DNA of 64,000 bases from Eledone cirrhosa (Eukaryota), in contig OZ024740.1 in NCBI GenBank assembly GCA_964016885.1, positions 380,184,001 through 380,248,000 on the forward strand, in the 5' to 3' direction. How positions within the stretch are numbered: position 1 is the stretch's first letter; each line of letters starts with the position of its first letter. Positions 17,573 to 32,000 of the stretch are shown piece after piece. Both the position numbers and the translations under genes were made by a program. Under the pieces are notes generated by a model. It saw only the letters and a list, made by a program, of their open reading frames with translations, was not told the origin of the DNA and ran no database searches.

Positions 17573-20500
17573 CAAATTCAATGATGTTCCAGAACAATGT
17601 AAACGAGATAATTGCCAATTTAGGTTCTGGAACAAAAAAGATCATTGGCAATAAGGGCAGGGGCCCCAAGTTATCACAACCTGGGCCCGCCCGTCATCGT
17701 GCCATTGTAATAGAGCCAAACAGGGCATTTAGTCTTGGCTGCTGGAACGTACGGACGCTGCTTGACAGGGATTCTTTGGAGCGTCCTGAACGAAGGACCG
17801 CACTTGTTGCAAAGGAGCTTCGACGTTACGATCTTGACATCGTGGCATTATCTGAGACGAGGTTAGCTGGAGATGGTCATCTTACGGAATTTTGTGGAGA
17901 ATATACATTCTTCTGGAAAGGAAGAGATGAAGGAACCAGAAGAGAGGCTGGGTAGGATTTGCTGTTAAGACTGTACTTGTGAATAAATTAGAAGAATTCC
18001 CAGTAGGGATTAGTGAGCGTCTTATGTCCATGAGAGTTCCGCTGGACAAGGGAAGATATACTACCCTGGTGAGTGTGTATGCTCCAACTATGAATTCTGT
18101 CGATGAAGAAAAACTGTCCTTTTACCATGCCTTGAAAGGTGTTCTAAGAAATATCCCTCAGGCAGACAAAGTCATCGTGCTTGGTGACTTTAATGCTAGA
18201 GTGGGTAGGGATTTTAACACATGGAATTTAATCGGAAGGCATGGGGTGGGAAAGTGTAACAGCAATGGTATGCTCTTGCTGCAGATGTGTGAGGAGCTGG
18301 ATCTGTGTGTTACCAACACCATGTTCCAACAAAAGAACAAATTCAAGACCACATGGATGCATCCTGCATCTAAGGAATGGCATCTTTTGGACTACGTCCT
18401 AGTCAGGATGCGTGACAGACAGGATGTGCAGTGTGTTCGTGTTCTTCGTGGAGCTGAGTGCTGGACGGACCACCGCCTGGTACGCGCAAAAGTGAATCTA
18501 ATCACCAAACGTAAAATCCGGGCTCCTGGTGTTACCCTGCCCAAAAGATTGACTGCTGCTCGTCTTAAGGATAAAAATGTGAAGAGGACATTGGAAGAAG
18601 AGATGCAGGCTGCAGATCTTGGTGAGGATTGGCCGACCCTTCAAAAGTCGGTTTATGATGTAGGCAGACGTGTTCTGGGATTGGTGCAGAGAAAACATCA
18701 GGACTGGTTTAATGAGAATGATGTACATATAGAAGACTTGTTGGCTGATAAGAGGCGTGCTCTGTCACGCTACTTGACTGCAAAACCACAGGAGAGGAAT
18801 ATGTTGCATGAGGAGCTCAGGGATGTAAAATCACGTGTTAGGCGGAGTCTTTCTCAGATGAAGGATCAGTGATGGAGTGAGAAGGCTGGTGAGATACAAA
18901 CTGCGTCTGATTGCAATAACACAAAGCTGTTGTACAGTCTCTTTCGTGAGGTTTATGGACCGTCTTCTTCTCTGGTGACACCGATTCGCAGCAAGGATGG
19001 CAAAGAACTTCTTCGTGACTCACAGGGAATTCTACGAAGGTGGCGAGAGTACTTTGATGATCTTTTGAATCAGCCGTCTGTCGTCAGTGAAGATTTCCTC
19101 AATCTCATTCCGGAAAGTCCTGTGAAAGTAGCTCTCGCAGAACCTCCGACGCTTGTGGAGGTTGCAGTGGCTATTTCGAAGCTGAACAGTGGAAGGCCTC
19201 CAGGTATGGATGGCATACATGCTGAGCTCCTACAATATGGTGGTGAGAGACTCCTGCAACATCTTCACTCTTTGTTTGGAAGGATATGGGCTAATGAATC
19301 CGTGCCTGAGGACTGGAGAGATGCAGTAATGGTGGTCTTGTACAAGGGGGGGGGGGGGTAACAGGAATGATTGTGGGAACTACAGAGGTATATCATTGCT
19401 TTCTGTCGTAGGGAAAGTTTTATGTAGGGTGCTTCTGGACCGTCTGCTGACACACATTGCAGATTGTGTCCTTCCTGAAAGTCAATCTGGTTTTCGTGCT
19501 GGACGCGGCACTACTGATATGATCTTCTCAGCTAGACAGCTCCAGGAGAAGTGCATTGAACAAGGCTTGGATCTGTATCAGGTTTTTGTCGATCTGACAA
19601 AGGCTTTCGATACTGTCAACAGAGATGCATTATGGAAGGTTCTCCAGAAACTTGGTTGCCCTGATAAGTTCCTTGCTTTAGTTAGGTCTTTCCATGACGA
19701 CATGAAGACTTGGGTTAATGTCGGAGGTAACATGTCGGAGCCTATCTCAGTAAAAAATGGAGTGAAACAGGGGGATATTCCAGCACCGACCCTGTTTGCC
19801 ATATACTTTGCAATGGTTTTCTGTATTGCATTCAGGAATTGCGAGCATGGTGTTTACATCCGATATCGAACCTCAGGCAGCATATTTAACATCAGGCGCT
19901 TTGCTGCGAAGACAAAAGTATTTACATCAGTCATAAGAGACCTCTTGTATACAGATGATTGCGATCTTGTAGCGCACACAGAGAGTGATATGCAGCACAT
20001 TTTGAATGCATTTTCTGACGCTTGCACTGCCCTAGGTCTAACTGTCAGTCTCAAGAAAACCGTCGTCATGTACCAACCTGCCCCTAGTAGGCTGTACACT
20101 GAACCAAACATCTATGTGTATGGCAAACGACTTGGAGTGGTTGATCAGTTTGTCTACCTGGGAAGCACTGTCAATCGATACGGCAACCTTGACAGTGAAA
20201 TCTCACTTAGGATTAGGAAAGCAAGTGATGCTTTCGGAAAGTTAGAAAGGCGACTCTGGGGTCGGCGAGACATATGCAGGAGGACAAAGGTAAAGGTGTA
20301 CAGGGCATGTGTACTCTCTTGTCTTCTTTATGCCTGCGAGACCTGGGTCACATATCGACGCCACCCTAAGCAATTGGAGCGTTTCTATCAGATGTGTCTC
20401 AGACGGATCCATGGCGCTGGAGGGACCACTTCAGTGATGTCGAGATTTTGGAAAGCTCTATGTGTGACAGTATAGAAGCTCTTGTGCTTAAGCAACGACT

Positions 20501-21510
20501 CCGTTGGAGTGGTCACCTTGCCAGGATGAAGGATTCTAGAATACCAAAACAACTCTTCTATGGAGAGTTGGTTAAAGGAAAACGACCGCCACATAAACCA
20601 AAAAAGAGGTATAAGGATTCCTTGAAAGCCTCTCTGAAAGACGCTAACATCTCTGCTGATACATGGGAAAATATTGCTGCTGATCGTAATAAATGGAGAA
20701 AGACTGTATATGAGGGGAAAGTTCCCTTTGAGGCATCTCGAATCGCACACGAGAAAGTAAAGCGGGACGTGAGGAAGGGCATTGCTGTTGCACTTCCAGA
20801 CGGCGAGGGTCCTCCTATGGTGCTGACATGCAGCGTCTGTGCGAGACTCTGCCTAAGCAAAGCTGGACTCGAAAGTCATCTTCGCAGTCATAAAGTAAGA
20901 CCAGTGGTTGACTAGCAGGCTGCTGTTGGAGATGCTACTCATCATGCTTGCCAAACATGTGGTAGAGAATGTAAATCAGCAGGAGGGCTCAAGCGACATG
21001 CAAAAGTACACGAACTCCAACCACAGCCGACTATTCCCAGTGAATGTTTTGGTTGCCGACTCTGTGCAAGACATTTTAGATCAGTGGCTGGGCTAAAAAG
21101 CCACATTCGATCGCAGCACTGTTAGTTGCTATCGTGTGTGTGTGTGTGGATATGCTTATGTGCGTGCGTGTGTGTGTATATATATATGAATATGTATATT
21201 ATTATTGTTGTTGTCGTTATTATTATTATTGCTATTATTATTATTATTATTATTATTATTGTTATTAATGTATGTGTGTGTATATGTGTGAGTGTATGTG
21301 TATGTATGTGTGTATGTATATATGTATGTATGTATATATATATATATATATATATATAATCCTTGTTTTTTTTTTTGTTTTTTTTTTCGTTTTTTTAAAT
21401 TTATTTATTATTATTATTATTATTATTTTTTTATTTTTATTTTTTTTTTCTTTACTTTTTTTTTCTTCTCGTGCAATGGCCATACTCGATAGCGAGGGGG
21501 CAGCCATCAT
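17204..21510 (+). mobile_element. RTE-clade LINE copy 2, apparently full length with a ~370-bp 5' UTR
   Basis: 5' UTR contains ctaggagaagg...aaacctgc; body matches copy 1; ends gtgcaatggccatactcgatagcgagggggcagccatcat(gtat)n. Confidence 0.9.
17581..21125 (+). pseudogene. Disrupted RTE ORF
   Basis: Frameshift ~17950, TGA at 18870, G-run frameshift ~19350, YTDD instead of YADD at 19948, 4-bp deletion ~20415, TAG at 20913. Confidence 0.92.
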
Positions 21511-21762
21511 GTATGTATGTATGTATGTATGTATGTATGTATGTATGTATGTATGTATGTATGTATGTATGTATGTATGTATGTATGTATGGATGTATGG
21601 ATGGATGGATGGATGGATGCATGTATGTATGTGTGTATGTATGTATGTATGTATGTATGTATGTGTATGTATGCATGTATGTGTGTATGTACGTATGCAC
21701 GCGTGTTTATATATAACGATATACGTAGGTATGTGTACCTATAATTATGTATACTTGTAAGA

Positions 21763-21822
<60 letters not shown>

Positions 21823-23364
21823 AGAAAAGTCAAAATGGAAAATAACACAGGAGAATAATACAATACAATGATGATTTATTAGTTTAACGCTTGATATAGT
21901 AAAAATGTATGTGAATGTATAAATGTGAGGGTTTATAGTTACGTATATATAAATGGAAAAGTACATGCTCGTATTTATGTGTAAATACATATTTCAAATA
22001 ATTATGATTTCTCGAAATGTTAAATATACTGCCTAATCATGTGGACTAAAGACAATATGAAGTTCAACTTGACTTTCTTGTTATTGGATTGATTCTAATT
22101 AAGATAGGCGTTTCTTGAAATTAACGAGATATTACATTTTTGCATTGATCAGTTGGGTAAGTTGTCAATTATGGAAATCATAAGGCTGTCGGTTCGTAAC
22201 TAGATACAGACTTTACATTCTAGTCATTGTAAGAATTCCTCCATGTCTTCGCTAGCTAATCACAAATTAATTATCAAGCCAACACTGACACTGTGAAAGG
22301 CATAGAATAGCATGGAAAAAGCATTACACTGGTAAGTTATAAGTTAGTTTAAAAGTTATGTAGTTTTTAAGTTATGTACCTCGTTCTTGCATCAGTCTAT
22401 GACTGTAGATTAGAAAAGAGTACTACTACATTGATGAAAACATAAAGGGTAACATTTTATTAATAGAAAGAAGCTTGGCGTTCAAAATTAGAAAGTAAAC
22501 TGAAAGAACAGAAGATAAAGAAAACTGTATATAAACCAAAGAATACAAAATGAAATAATACATCTGGTAAATTAACTAAAAATATAGTTTAATTAGAGCA
22601 ATAATAATCACAGAATCATTGCAACTAAGGATTAACGATAACAGTAGTTGACCCCAAATCAACGTGAAAAGAAATTCCAATTAAACTATTTACATACCTA
22701 CTGATTTAAATACGTTAACGAGGAAAAAAATAAATGAATCACCGTAAGCTGTATATTTGTACGATATAATGTTCTATTTCTCTAATCAGAATCTGTTTAA
22801 ATACCTTGTTCTCATACTATGATTTTGTTCAACCTACTTGTTGAAAGTGCTAAGAATATGCAAGGATATTAATTTTAAAGTTGTACTGTTTTGTCATTTG
22901 TCTTTGAGAAGAACCAATTAAACTTATGCTAAATGACGGTATGCAAGAATTGAAGGGTCTTTGCCAGTTTATAACGATGTGTTTTAACTAAGTATAGAAT
23001 TCATTGTTTAGAAGATCACGATAAATAATCTAATCGACTGCCTGTTCTAGAAGAAGAAGAAAAAGAACAAGAAGAATTTGGAAAAATGATACACAAATTT
23101 GTTTCACGCTAGATTCTTTTTCAAAATGTGATGTACCAAACTAAAACTGTATCCAGCATTTTTCCCTGAGTATCAAATTCGACACAATCAATTCTTTACG
23201 ATAATTGCTTGAACAAAGTAGACTAAAAACAATATTGAGTAGAAACAAGTTTGCTAAGAAAAGAAGACTAGCGCCAGGTTTGATTCCTGAAATAAACACA
23301 ATCGAATCTGCATTGTCGATGCAGCTAGCCGGTAGCTTATTTTTCATAGAAGCCCTTTAACTTA

Positions 23365-23560
23365 TAATAATTGTTTCTACTTTTGGCACAAGGCCAGCAA
23401 TTATCCAGTGCATTACTGGTGTTTTATTTTATCAACCCCGTAGGATGAAAGGCAATGTTAACCTCAGCAGGATTTGAACTCAGAACGTAAAGGGCCGTAA
23501 CTCTATGCTGCAAAGCATGGTGTCTGAGACTCTACCGATACTACCAATCCACTGCCTTTA
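23365..23560 (-). mobile_element. Full-length tRNA-derived SINE
   Basis: A-box-like tggtagtatcggtagag, B-box gagttcaaatcc, conserved body and ATT tail. Confidence 0.85.
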
Positions 23561-24228
23561 ACTTATAATAATATCCACCTCCAAATGTATTCAATACATT
23601 AGGTAAAATTGTCAAAAATATCAATGAATATTAGTGTTACATGCTCTACTATACTATATTTCGCCTTCCCCCAAATAACTGGATTGTAACAATGTTATAG
23701 ATCATTACTATTACTGTGGTTTTTGAAAGAACCAAGACTAAAAACACAAATTTCTTCTTTTAAAATTATAATAAACCCTGATATTCAAAACTTACTTAGA
23801 GGTTCAAAGAAATTTGTATTTGTTTTCTTAAGTCATAATCTAAAGATTAATTCTTCAAGAGCTAAGAGAAATGAAACAAGATATAATACATAGTTTCATT
23901 TGCCGAGGCAACATACTAGAATAAATCACGCGTAATGTTTTGTTACCAAAATCCCCTAGCATATTAGGACTACTTGACAGGCTTATAATTACGCTAGAAA
24001 TAGCAGCCAAAAGACCGTCTGGTACAGCTCGACAAATTAAGGAGCAGTCTAATATGGTAGGTAGCCCTATATATAAGCGAGTTTAGATAGAATACTTTTT
24101 GTCTATCTTGTTTGTATTCCCATAATTAAAGTTTTTTCTTACTTAATTTTGATATATAATATTGCTTCTCTGAGAGATTTCTCTCATTGAGATGTTTAAA
24201 TATTAGAGACCAATTAACCTTTAATTAA

Positions 24229-24265
24229 TACTAGCAGAATGGCCCGGCGTTGTTCGGGATTTGCT
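24229..24265 (-). mobile_element. Helitron-like 3' terminus
   Basis: Minus strand: imperfect GC hairpin cccgaacaacgccggg, 8 nt, then CTAG-T. Confidence 0.55.
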
Positions 24266-25222
24266 CTAGGGTTCTTATATATTTGATATATATTTATCCT
24301 TATCGAGCATCGTGAAATAAATACGCTTGTTTAGCCATCGGTCATTGATCCAGATACCAACCCATTATCATACTATAAGCCACATTCTAATCTCACTCCT
24401 TTCTAATTGCTCTATATCCACCACCCATGAAACGATTTGTTCATTAAAATAACACAGCAAATTGATTAATAGCTCAATTGTTTTATATTTTTTTAACCCT
24501 AGAGTATTAACATCAAAGTTAGTTACCAATGTTTTTTTTAGGGTGATAGTGACGGTGGTGATGGTGGTGGTGCTGGCGGTGGCAGTTGAGGTGGTGGTGG
24601 TGATGGTGACGGTGATGGTGCTGGTGCTGGTCGTGGTGGCGATGGTGGCGATTGTGGTGGTGGGTGTTCAGCAGGAACAAAAGCCGTTTACGCATCTGTT
24701 TTCCTGCTTCTACTGCAATGTAATTGAAGACGGGATTCTGTTACTGATAACAAGCAAATGATGAAGTAAATTTCAGAACTGATCGCTCACTGCCGCTGAA
24801 TATACATCTGTACAATCTGTTGGCAAGAGAAGCAAACAATACGTAGTTGTAGGGTGATTGTGTATGCGCATATATATATATTCGTATATACACGCACGTG
24901 AGCATACATGCACACAGACACACATACACCCACCTACACACCCCCACTCACACATACACCAACACCTTCCCCCCATATATATATATATATATGGGGGTAA
25001 GGTGTTGGTGTATGTGTGTGGGTGGGCGTGTGTGTTGTGAAGGGAGTTAACATTATTTAATATAAACAGTGTGAAACAATATACATTTGTAAACATTTCA
25101 TGAGCAGAAAATTGCGATGATTCTACACAGATTCACCAGCCTCAAGCTTGTCTTGATATGTTTAGTTGATTTATAACATCATATAACGGTAAAAGTTTCT
25201 ATCTCTGAGCTCAACAGTCATG

Positions 25223-25306
<84 letters not shown>

Positions 25307-26809
25307 TACATTCTTGTTATTGACGTTCTTATTATTGTCACAAATGCGATTATTATTACTATTGTTGTTGTTGTTATAGAATGTTGTGTCTTAGAATATA
25401 CACGTAAACATAATATTTTAACTTCAATCTATAATAAAAGATTTTCACTTCTTATGGAGATCTACTAAATCATTCTGAACGGGAAATATCAAACCTTAAG
25501 TAAGAGTTGGCATTTTCACTAATCATGTTATAGCGAACAGTCATCTTCGGAGGAATATTTAAGGCTAATCCTCACTACAGCCTAATACTATATTCTTCGA
25601 TCAAGTGATGTATCAGTTGAATTGTCTAATGCATTGGACAAAATGTTTTTGCAATCTCAGATGCCTTCTCATCATAAGTAGCAGTTATTACCACGTCTAG
25701 TTGTGTTTTCTGCTCTACATTACCAATCTTTTGGCTTTTTGATTTGCCAGTCATATGTGGGACAGAGCTTCGGAATTGCTTTGTGGATTTGGGGCGACAT
25801 CATTAGAATTTGAATGCAGGCCCCACTAGACCATATATCCTTCCTGATTACTTCAAAAAGGTGACTACATTCCAAAGGTCAACCTCGTCACCAATATCCT
25901 TTTCTGAGGCCGTTGTTTTACGCCATCCCCTGTAATTTGGCACAATTCTACGGGCATGTGTGTGACGCATTAACACAGCTTGCTTTTTTGTCTCGACCTC
26001 ACTTTTGCGTGTTGTACACTCCCATCCGTAAGCTCTGATCTGTAAGACGGAGGATATAGTTGTCTACACATTAACTTAGTCTACCTCCAGTTGTTGTTTC
26101 GAGGACTTAATAAAGGCCCCTAAGACTTTCGAAATACAGAGATATATTTTCTCTTTTATTTTCTGAGGTATTGATGCACCTGCCTTTGGTACATCGCTCC
26201 GTCAGGTAGATGTTTTCTCTACTATACAATTCGTGACTAGAAACTGTTTATCGCCCAATTCAATTTTCTCACTATCATTTAACACTATGTGTGTGTTTTT
26301 GTTTTTATTGTTAAAGCTGTCATTTCGATTGTTCAAGATATCAGGGTTATTTCCTACAAGGAAACTATTGATTCTTCTTTATGAAATAAAAATGTTGCTA
26401 CTAAATTGTACTTTCTTTTACTCTCTTTTAAACTGTGCTTTTTTTTTTTTTTTTCGTGTCTGGTGAATATTTCTTCAATGAATAGACATGTTTAATTACG
26501 AATGAGAAAAAGTTATTTGTTTCGCAAATTAACACAGTTTTGTTTTTCAAACGAGGAATGGATATCACTTCCGACCTCTTTTGTAGGTTTTCATAAAAGC
26601 ATTTTCGTGCAGTTTTCCTTATTAAAGTCCAAATTACTTAGAGCGAAGCGAAAGGGTACTAATATTAAAGGTTTCTGATTTAAGAACAATACCAACAATT
26701 CTTTTAAAAATATATTAAAACAAAAGACAGTCTTCTTCTGGGATGATTTCAAAGTCAACCATAACTTCATCGGACATACAATTGATGTGTCCGAACATGG
26801 AAGAGCTGA

Positions 26810-27535
26810 ACTCCCACTGTGATCGCCTCCATCTCTCTCGCCCACCCCATCTCTCTGTATTATGAGCGAATGGGGTCCCACCTGCTGGCCGCCCCACGGT
26901 CTCGGTGGACAGAATGGAGAAGTCGTTTTACCGGAGGATGGTAAGGGAGATTGGCTGGGAGAGCCATTCCATCTCATGAGGCTCACACCTGAGGCTTCCA
27001 GTTGAGTACCTATGGTGGTAAGTAGAGAGGTATCCCCAGGGCCAAGGACACCAGAAGTCTCTACTGCTTGGGGTACGACCGCAAACCCGTCGGAGAACGG
27101 CCGATACTTGGAAAGTTTGCTCTCCTCAGCCCGAAGTGCAGCAGAACCTGGGCTAGTCGCAGACTGCACCAGGTTCAGGTTGTGGCTGGAGAATGTGGCT
27201 CTGCAAGTGGCATGCCAGACTAGGAGTTTGCCATCGCGGAACGGGAAGATGATCATACCGTCTGGCCTTTTACCGTCCCCTCGGTCCAGCCCCACCGGCT
27301 CGAGCTGGCAGGGGAAGCCTGCAGCATCCAAGTCATGCTTTATGACCTCGTTGAGGGCAGCATGTCGTGGAAGGCTGCCGGCACTGTAGCGATAGGAAAG
27401 CGGTTGGGGGCCGAAATAGTTCACGGTGGATCCGCAGCGACATTTGTGTGGCTCGCAGATCCGGAGGCCAAGGCTCAGGGACACCCCGATGCGCAGGCTA
27501 TCGTTGTCCAGCTGCGTGCCAGTGAAGAAGGTTTT
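26810..27535 (-). pseudogene. 3' fragment of a CRE-clade non-LTR retrotransposon (zinc knuckle + RLE)
   Basis: CEPHKCRCG, RHAALNEVIK, EPVGLDRGDGKRPDG, GKLLVW, AEESKLSKY, AVETSGVLG. Confidence 0.85.
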
Positions 27536-27554
27536 TTTTTTGGGGGGGGGGGTC

Positions 27555-28480
27555 AATTAAATTGTATCAATTGTTCAATTGTACTTATTTTATCGAACAC
27601 GTAAGGATGAAAAGCAAAGCTAACCTCGGCGAGATTTGAACTCAGAATGTAAAGGGCCATAACTACATGCCGCAAAGCATGTTGTCCGACAATCAACCGA
27701 TACTGCCAATCCATCGTCCTCAAATCATAATAATAATTGTTTCTATATTTGGCACAAGGCCAGCAATTTGAAGGAAATACGAGAAATTCGATTAAATCGA
27801 CCTCGGTGCGTTACTGGTACTTTATTTGATCGACCCCAGAAGGACAATAAAATAAAATAAAAGTTGTTAATTAGATTTAATCGACTTAACCCTCGTTCCA
27901 ATAGCTGGCCTTGTACCTTAATTAGAAAGCATTAATTTTCAGCTTCAAACACATTAACGGCAGATTCGGTAGAGAGTCGGGCGCCATGCTTTGCAGCATA
28001 GAGTTTCGTCCCTTTTCGTTCTGAGTTCAAATCTCACCGAGGTTAACTTTGCCTTTGATCCTTACGGGGTCGATAAAATAAAGTACCAGTAATGTACTGG
28101 GATAATTGATGGCCTTGTGCAAAAATTAGAAACAATTATTACGATATTAAAGCGTGGTGGATTGGCAGCATTGGTAGAGCGTCAGACACCACGATTTGCA
28201 GCATAGAGTTATGACCCTTTACGTTCTGAGTTCAAATACCACCGAGGTAAACTCTGCCTTTTATCCTTACGGGAAATAAAGTACCAGTAATGCATTGGAG
28301 TAATTGCTGGCCTTGTTCCAAAAGTAGAAACAATTATTATGATATTAATGGCGGTGTATGGCAGAATAAGTAGAGAGTCTGATAAAAGACATGCCTTATA
28401 TTTAGTGATACCCATTTACTTCCCCATACGATCGACCTTGCTTTTTATTCTTCTGGGATCGATAAAATAAATACCAGTCA
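27555..28480. mobile_element. Cluster of about six tRNA-SINE copies or fragments (two on -, then a tandem run on +)
   Basis: Repeated ttctgagttcaaat, cgataaaataaagtaccagt and ggccttgt..aaaagtagaaacaattatt modules. Confidence 0.85.
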
Positions 28481-29070
28481 ATAATATTTTAATGCTAGTT
28501 TCGATCAAGTGTGTAGAGTTTTGAGATGCAATGAACTGAATCTGTATTGTATATGTGCATGTGTGTATCTTTTCGGTAGAATGATTGTAAAGTGGGTAGG
28601 AGTAATGGTTATCAAATCGGGAAAAAGGGATAGATTGGGAAATCGGTTATACAAGAGTGCACGGGAAAGAGAGAGAAACTGTGGAGGGAGATGAATTGAC
28701 GAAAGATGGAAATTCATTGAGCAAAGATGAGTGACGATAAAAGAGACATTGAGTAAAGTATCTGGAGAGGGAGAGAGGGAAAGGGAGAAATAGAGATAGA
28801 TAAATAGATAGATAGATATCTTTCTTTATTTGCCACAGGGGCGTACACAAATGGGACATTACAAGACGTGACGGCGGGGGTTTTACATACAAATAACTTT
28901 AACATTAATAAATAACAATAAACTATATATAATAAAATAACAATTGAAATCCCCAATAGGGGGGGGGGGTTACGGCAGGGTTGTTTTACACCCCGTGGAT
29001 AGAACAAACCTCAACACCAGGAACACGTTTTGTAGGTGTTCCTGTCTTCCCTCTGTTTATCTTCCTCAAC

Positions 29071-32000
29071 CTACAGGTTTATATACAGAGAAGGCCCATT
29101 CACTCGAGCCATTTTCGCCACATTCACCCACCTTTCAGCGAATTTACTAGGGTGTAGTACCTCTCTCTCCGCTCTCACCTTCCTTCTGAAGTGATACTTA
29201 AAGAAGGGGATAAGTTGTTGTCCGGAGAGAAAGGTGTTTGCCCTGAGTCCTTTTAACCTCGTCCACCATATTACCTCTTTCGCCATAGCCACCAGACAGA
29301 GGAAAACCGCCTCTCCTTCGTTCTTAAATGAAGGCGGCGGCGTGATCCTCACGATAGATTCGGCTGACAACTGGATGCGTCCCACACGTGACAGAAGCTG
29401 TTCGACATAATTCCGCAGGTCGGTCACCCCTGGGCACTGAACAATTGCGTGCAGAACGGTTTCGATGTCCTGCTCGCATCTTGGACAGGTCTTTTTGGCA
29501 GGATCTCTGCCAGGGCGTCCGTGCCTGTAGATTTTGTCTGGAACTGGTAGAGCTCCTCGGAAGCACTGCCAGGCCAGAGACCTCTGGAAGTTATCCATAG
29601 GCCCTGGACGGAAAGTCCGCCCGAACAGACTGGTCAGTTCGTCCTCCTCGATGCCTAGAGTTTCACCGAGAATGTCATCGCACTTATCCTCCACTAATCC
29701 CCTATAGAATGTCGAAGTAGAGTCTCCGCTGATTGCCGTTTCCGCTTGGTAGAGGGCTGTGAGCGCCTGTAGGCACTCAAGGTGCCAGGCACCCATTTTC
29801 GGTCTTCGCTTGACCCAGGACTGCAGCTCTGTTAGTGAGACGAGTTGTGGAAGAGCTTATCTCACAAACGACAGCCACACCGGTTCACCGGTCAGGAATA
29901 CATGGAGATGGCGTAGCCTCAGCGCATGTTTGCGTATCATCAGCCACGACATGCCCAGCCCTCCGTTAGAAGGGTGTTGACAGCAGATGGATCTCCTCAC
30001 CAATGGAGCCTCTTTCTTCCAGGGGAGCTTGAAGAGTAGGCGTTCAATTTTGGTAAGGTATTCGCGGGGGCAAGGCACGACTGTCAAGCGGTAGTAGATG
30101 ACGGACGCTATGTAAGTGTTCGCCCCCTCCGCTCGACCTTTCAAGGAGAGTTTGCACTCAGCCCACTTCTGGGTGAGTGCAAACACCTTCGCCGTGACCT
30201 CCTTCCAGTTCTTGTCCACCTGGAGGTCTGGACCGAACCAGACCCCGAGCAATTTCACCGGTCCTTCCGTCCAGCGTCCAACGACACTGTCGGAAGGCAT
30301 GGGTTTGCCTCTCCATGTGCCGAGTTGCAAACCGACAGACTTGTTTGGGTTTAGTCTTGCTCCTGTCAACGTTTCGTATTCCTGTAATAGGTTGCCGATT
30401 ACCCTGATTTCCGAGGTTTTCGACACCATTACGGTTATATCATCGGCATAGGCCAACGCTGCTTTCCGCAGTCCTGGTTCGATCGGGATACCCTGCAACA
30501 GCTCCAATTTCCACAGTAACGGCTCGAGAGTCAGTACATACAGAATGGAGGAGAGAGGACATGCCTGGCGGATGGAACGCATGATTTGGAATGGCTCTGA
30601 TAGGTAGCCATTCACCTTGACTGTCGAGCAGATGCTGGTGTGCATGGCAGCGATCCAGCACCTGAAGACGGGACCGAAGCCGGCCGTCTTGAGAACTGCT
30701 TCCAAGTATTGATGGTCGACCCTATCAAATGCCTTAGACTGATCTAAATTGATCAGAGCCCCACCAAAGCCAGGTTTACACCCTACCCTCTCTATGATGT
30801 ATCGCATGAGGTGGAGGTTGTCGTGTATGGACCTGGTCGGGATTGCACACGTTTGGGCTTCCCCTACCAGGTTCTCGATGACAAGCGCCAACCTTGCTGC
30901 TAACACCTTGGCCAAAATCTTTAACTCTGTGTTGAGCAGAGTAATGGGCCCGAAATTGTTTATCTCATCCTCCTTGTTCTCATCTTTCCTGATCAGTGTT
31001 ACTATGCTTCTGCCTACAGAACTGGGAATCCTTCCGTTCTGCTGCCAGTTCCAGTAGACCGATTCGAGGACGCCAGAGAACAAGTCTGGCATGCCTATGT
31101 AAAACTCATAGGGTAGACCATCTAAACCGGGTGATTTGCGTTTCCCGCAGCGGCCTAGGGCAACTTCTATTTCTCCCGCTATGATCGGCCTTTCTCGGCT
31201 CTCCGCATCCGTGCTCGATAGTCGCGGTACACCGTCGAGGTAGGAGCTGAAGTCCATCACCTCGCTCGATGTACCGCTTTGCCCGAACATTTGTGCAAAA
31301 TGCTGCTGGAACGCCGCGCACATCTTCTTGAATTCAAGTATAATGCGTCCATCTTTGTCTTGCAAATACCGAATTGTGGATTTGTTGCCACTTTTCGCCT
31401 CTGCCACTCGGTCCCAGCTAACAGCTTTGGCTCCCTCGTTTCTTAGAGCACGTGTTCTACTTCTGACAATACAACCTTCGTGTTTCACGTTGAAGAACTG
31501 GTCTAGTGCCGTTCTCGCCGCTAGCACGTCAGCTGTACTGACATTCCTAAGTGCCTCTTCTATTTTAGCTACCAGTTCCTTTTCAGTTTTGTTTTGTTTT
31601 CTAAAGCTACTTCCTTGCTAATTGCTATTGATTCTATTCTAATTGCTCTCTTGAGAGAGCTCCACCACCTGTTGTTGACGATCGCCCCCGTCAACTGGCA
31701 CTTAACTAAGGTGCTAATCCGTTTACTGTAGGCCTTATGCGCCGGGAGCTTCCAGTATCCGGGTCCCTGTCTATGTTTCTATCAAGGTTGACTACGCAGG
31801 TGACTAATTTGTGGTCTGAATAGGCAACCATGTGCATTTGTGGACAGCTTAATGTTTCCTTATCATTGTCTAATTAAAAATCTATCTAAATACGATCTAG
31901 AAGACCCAGTGCGGTTGCTCCACGTCCACAGTAGTGCGCTTGGGAAGTCTAGTCGATATCTATCAGCCAGTTGGAATTGGGTGATGAGATTTTTTAGACT

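Noticed and set aside
26591-26860. C-terminal part of the 321-aa ORF as a novel CRE fusion
   Set aside because: Out-of-frame read-through after a frameshift near 26990 into flanking DNA.
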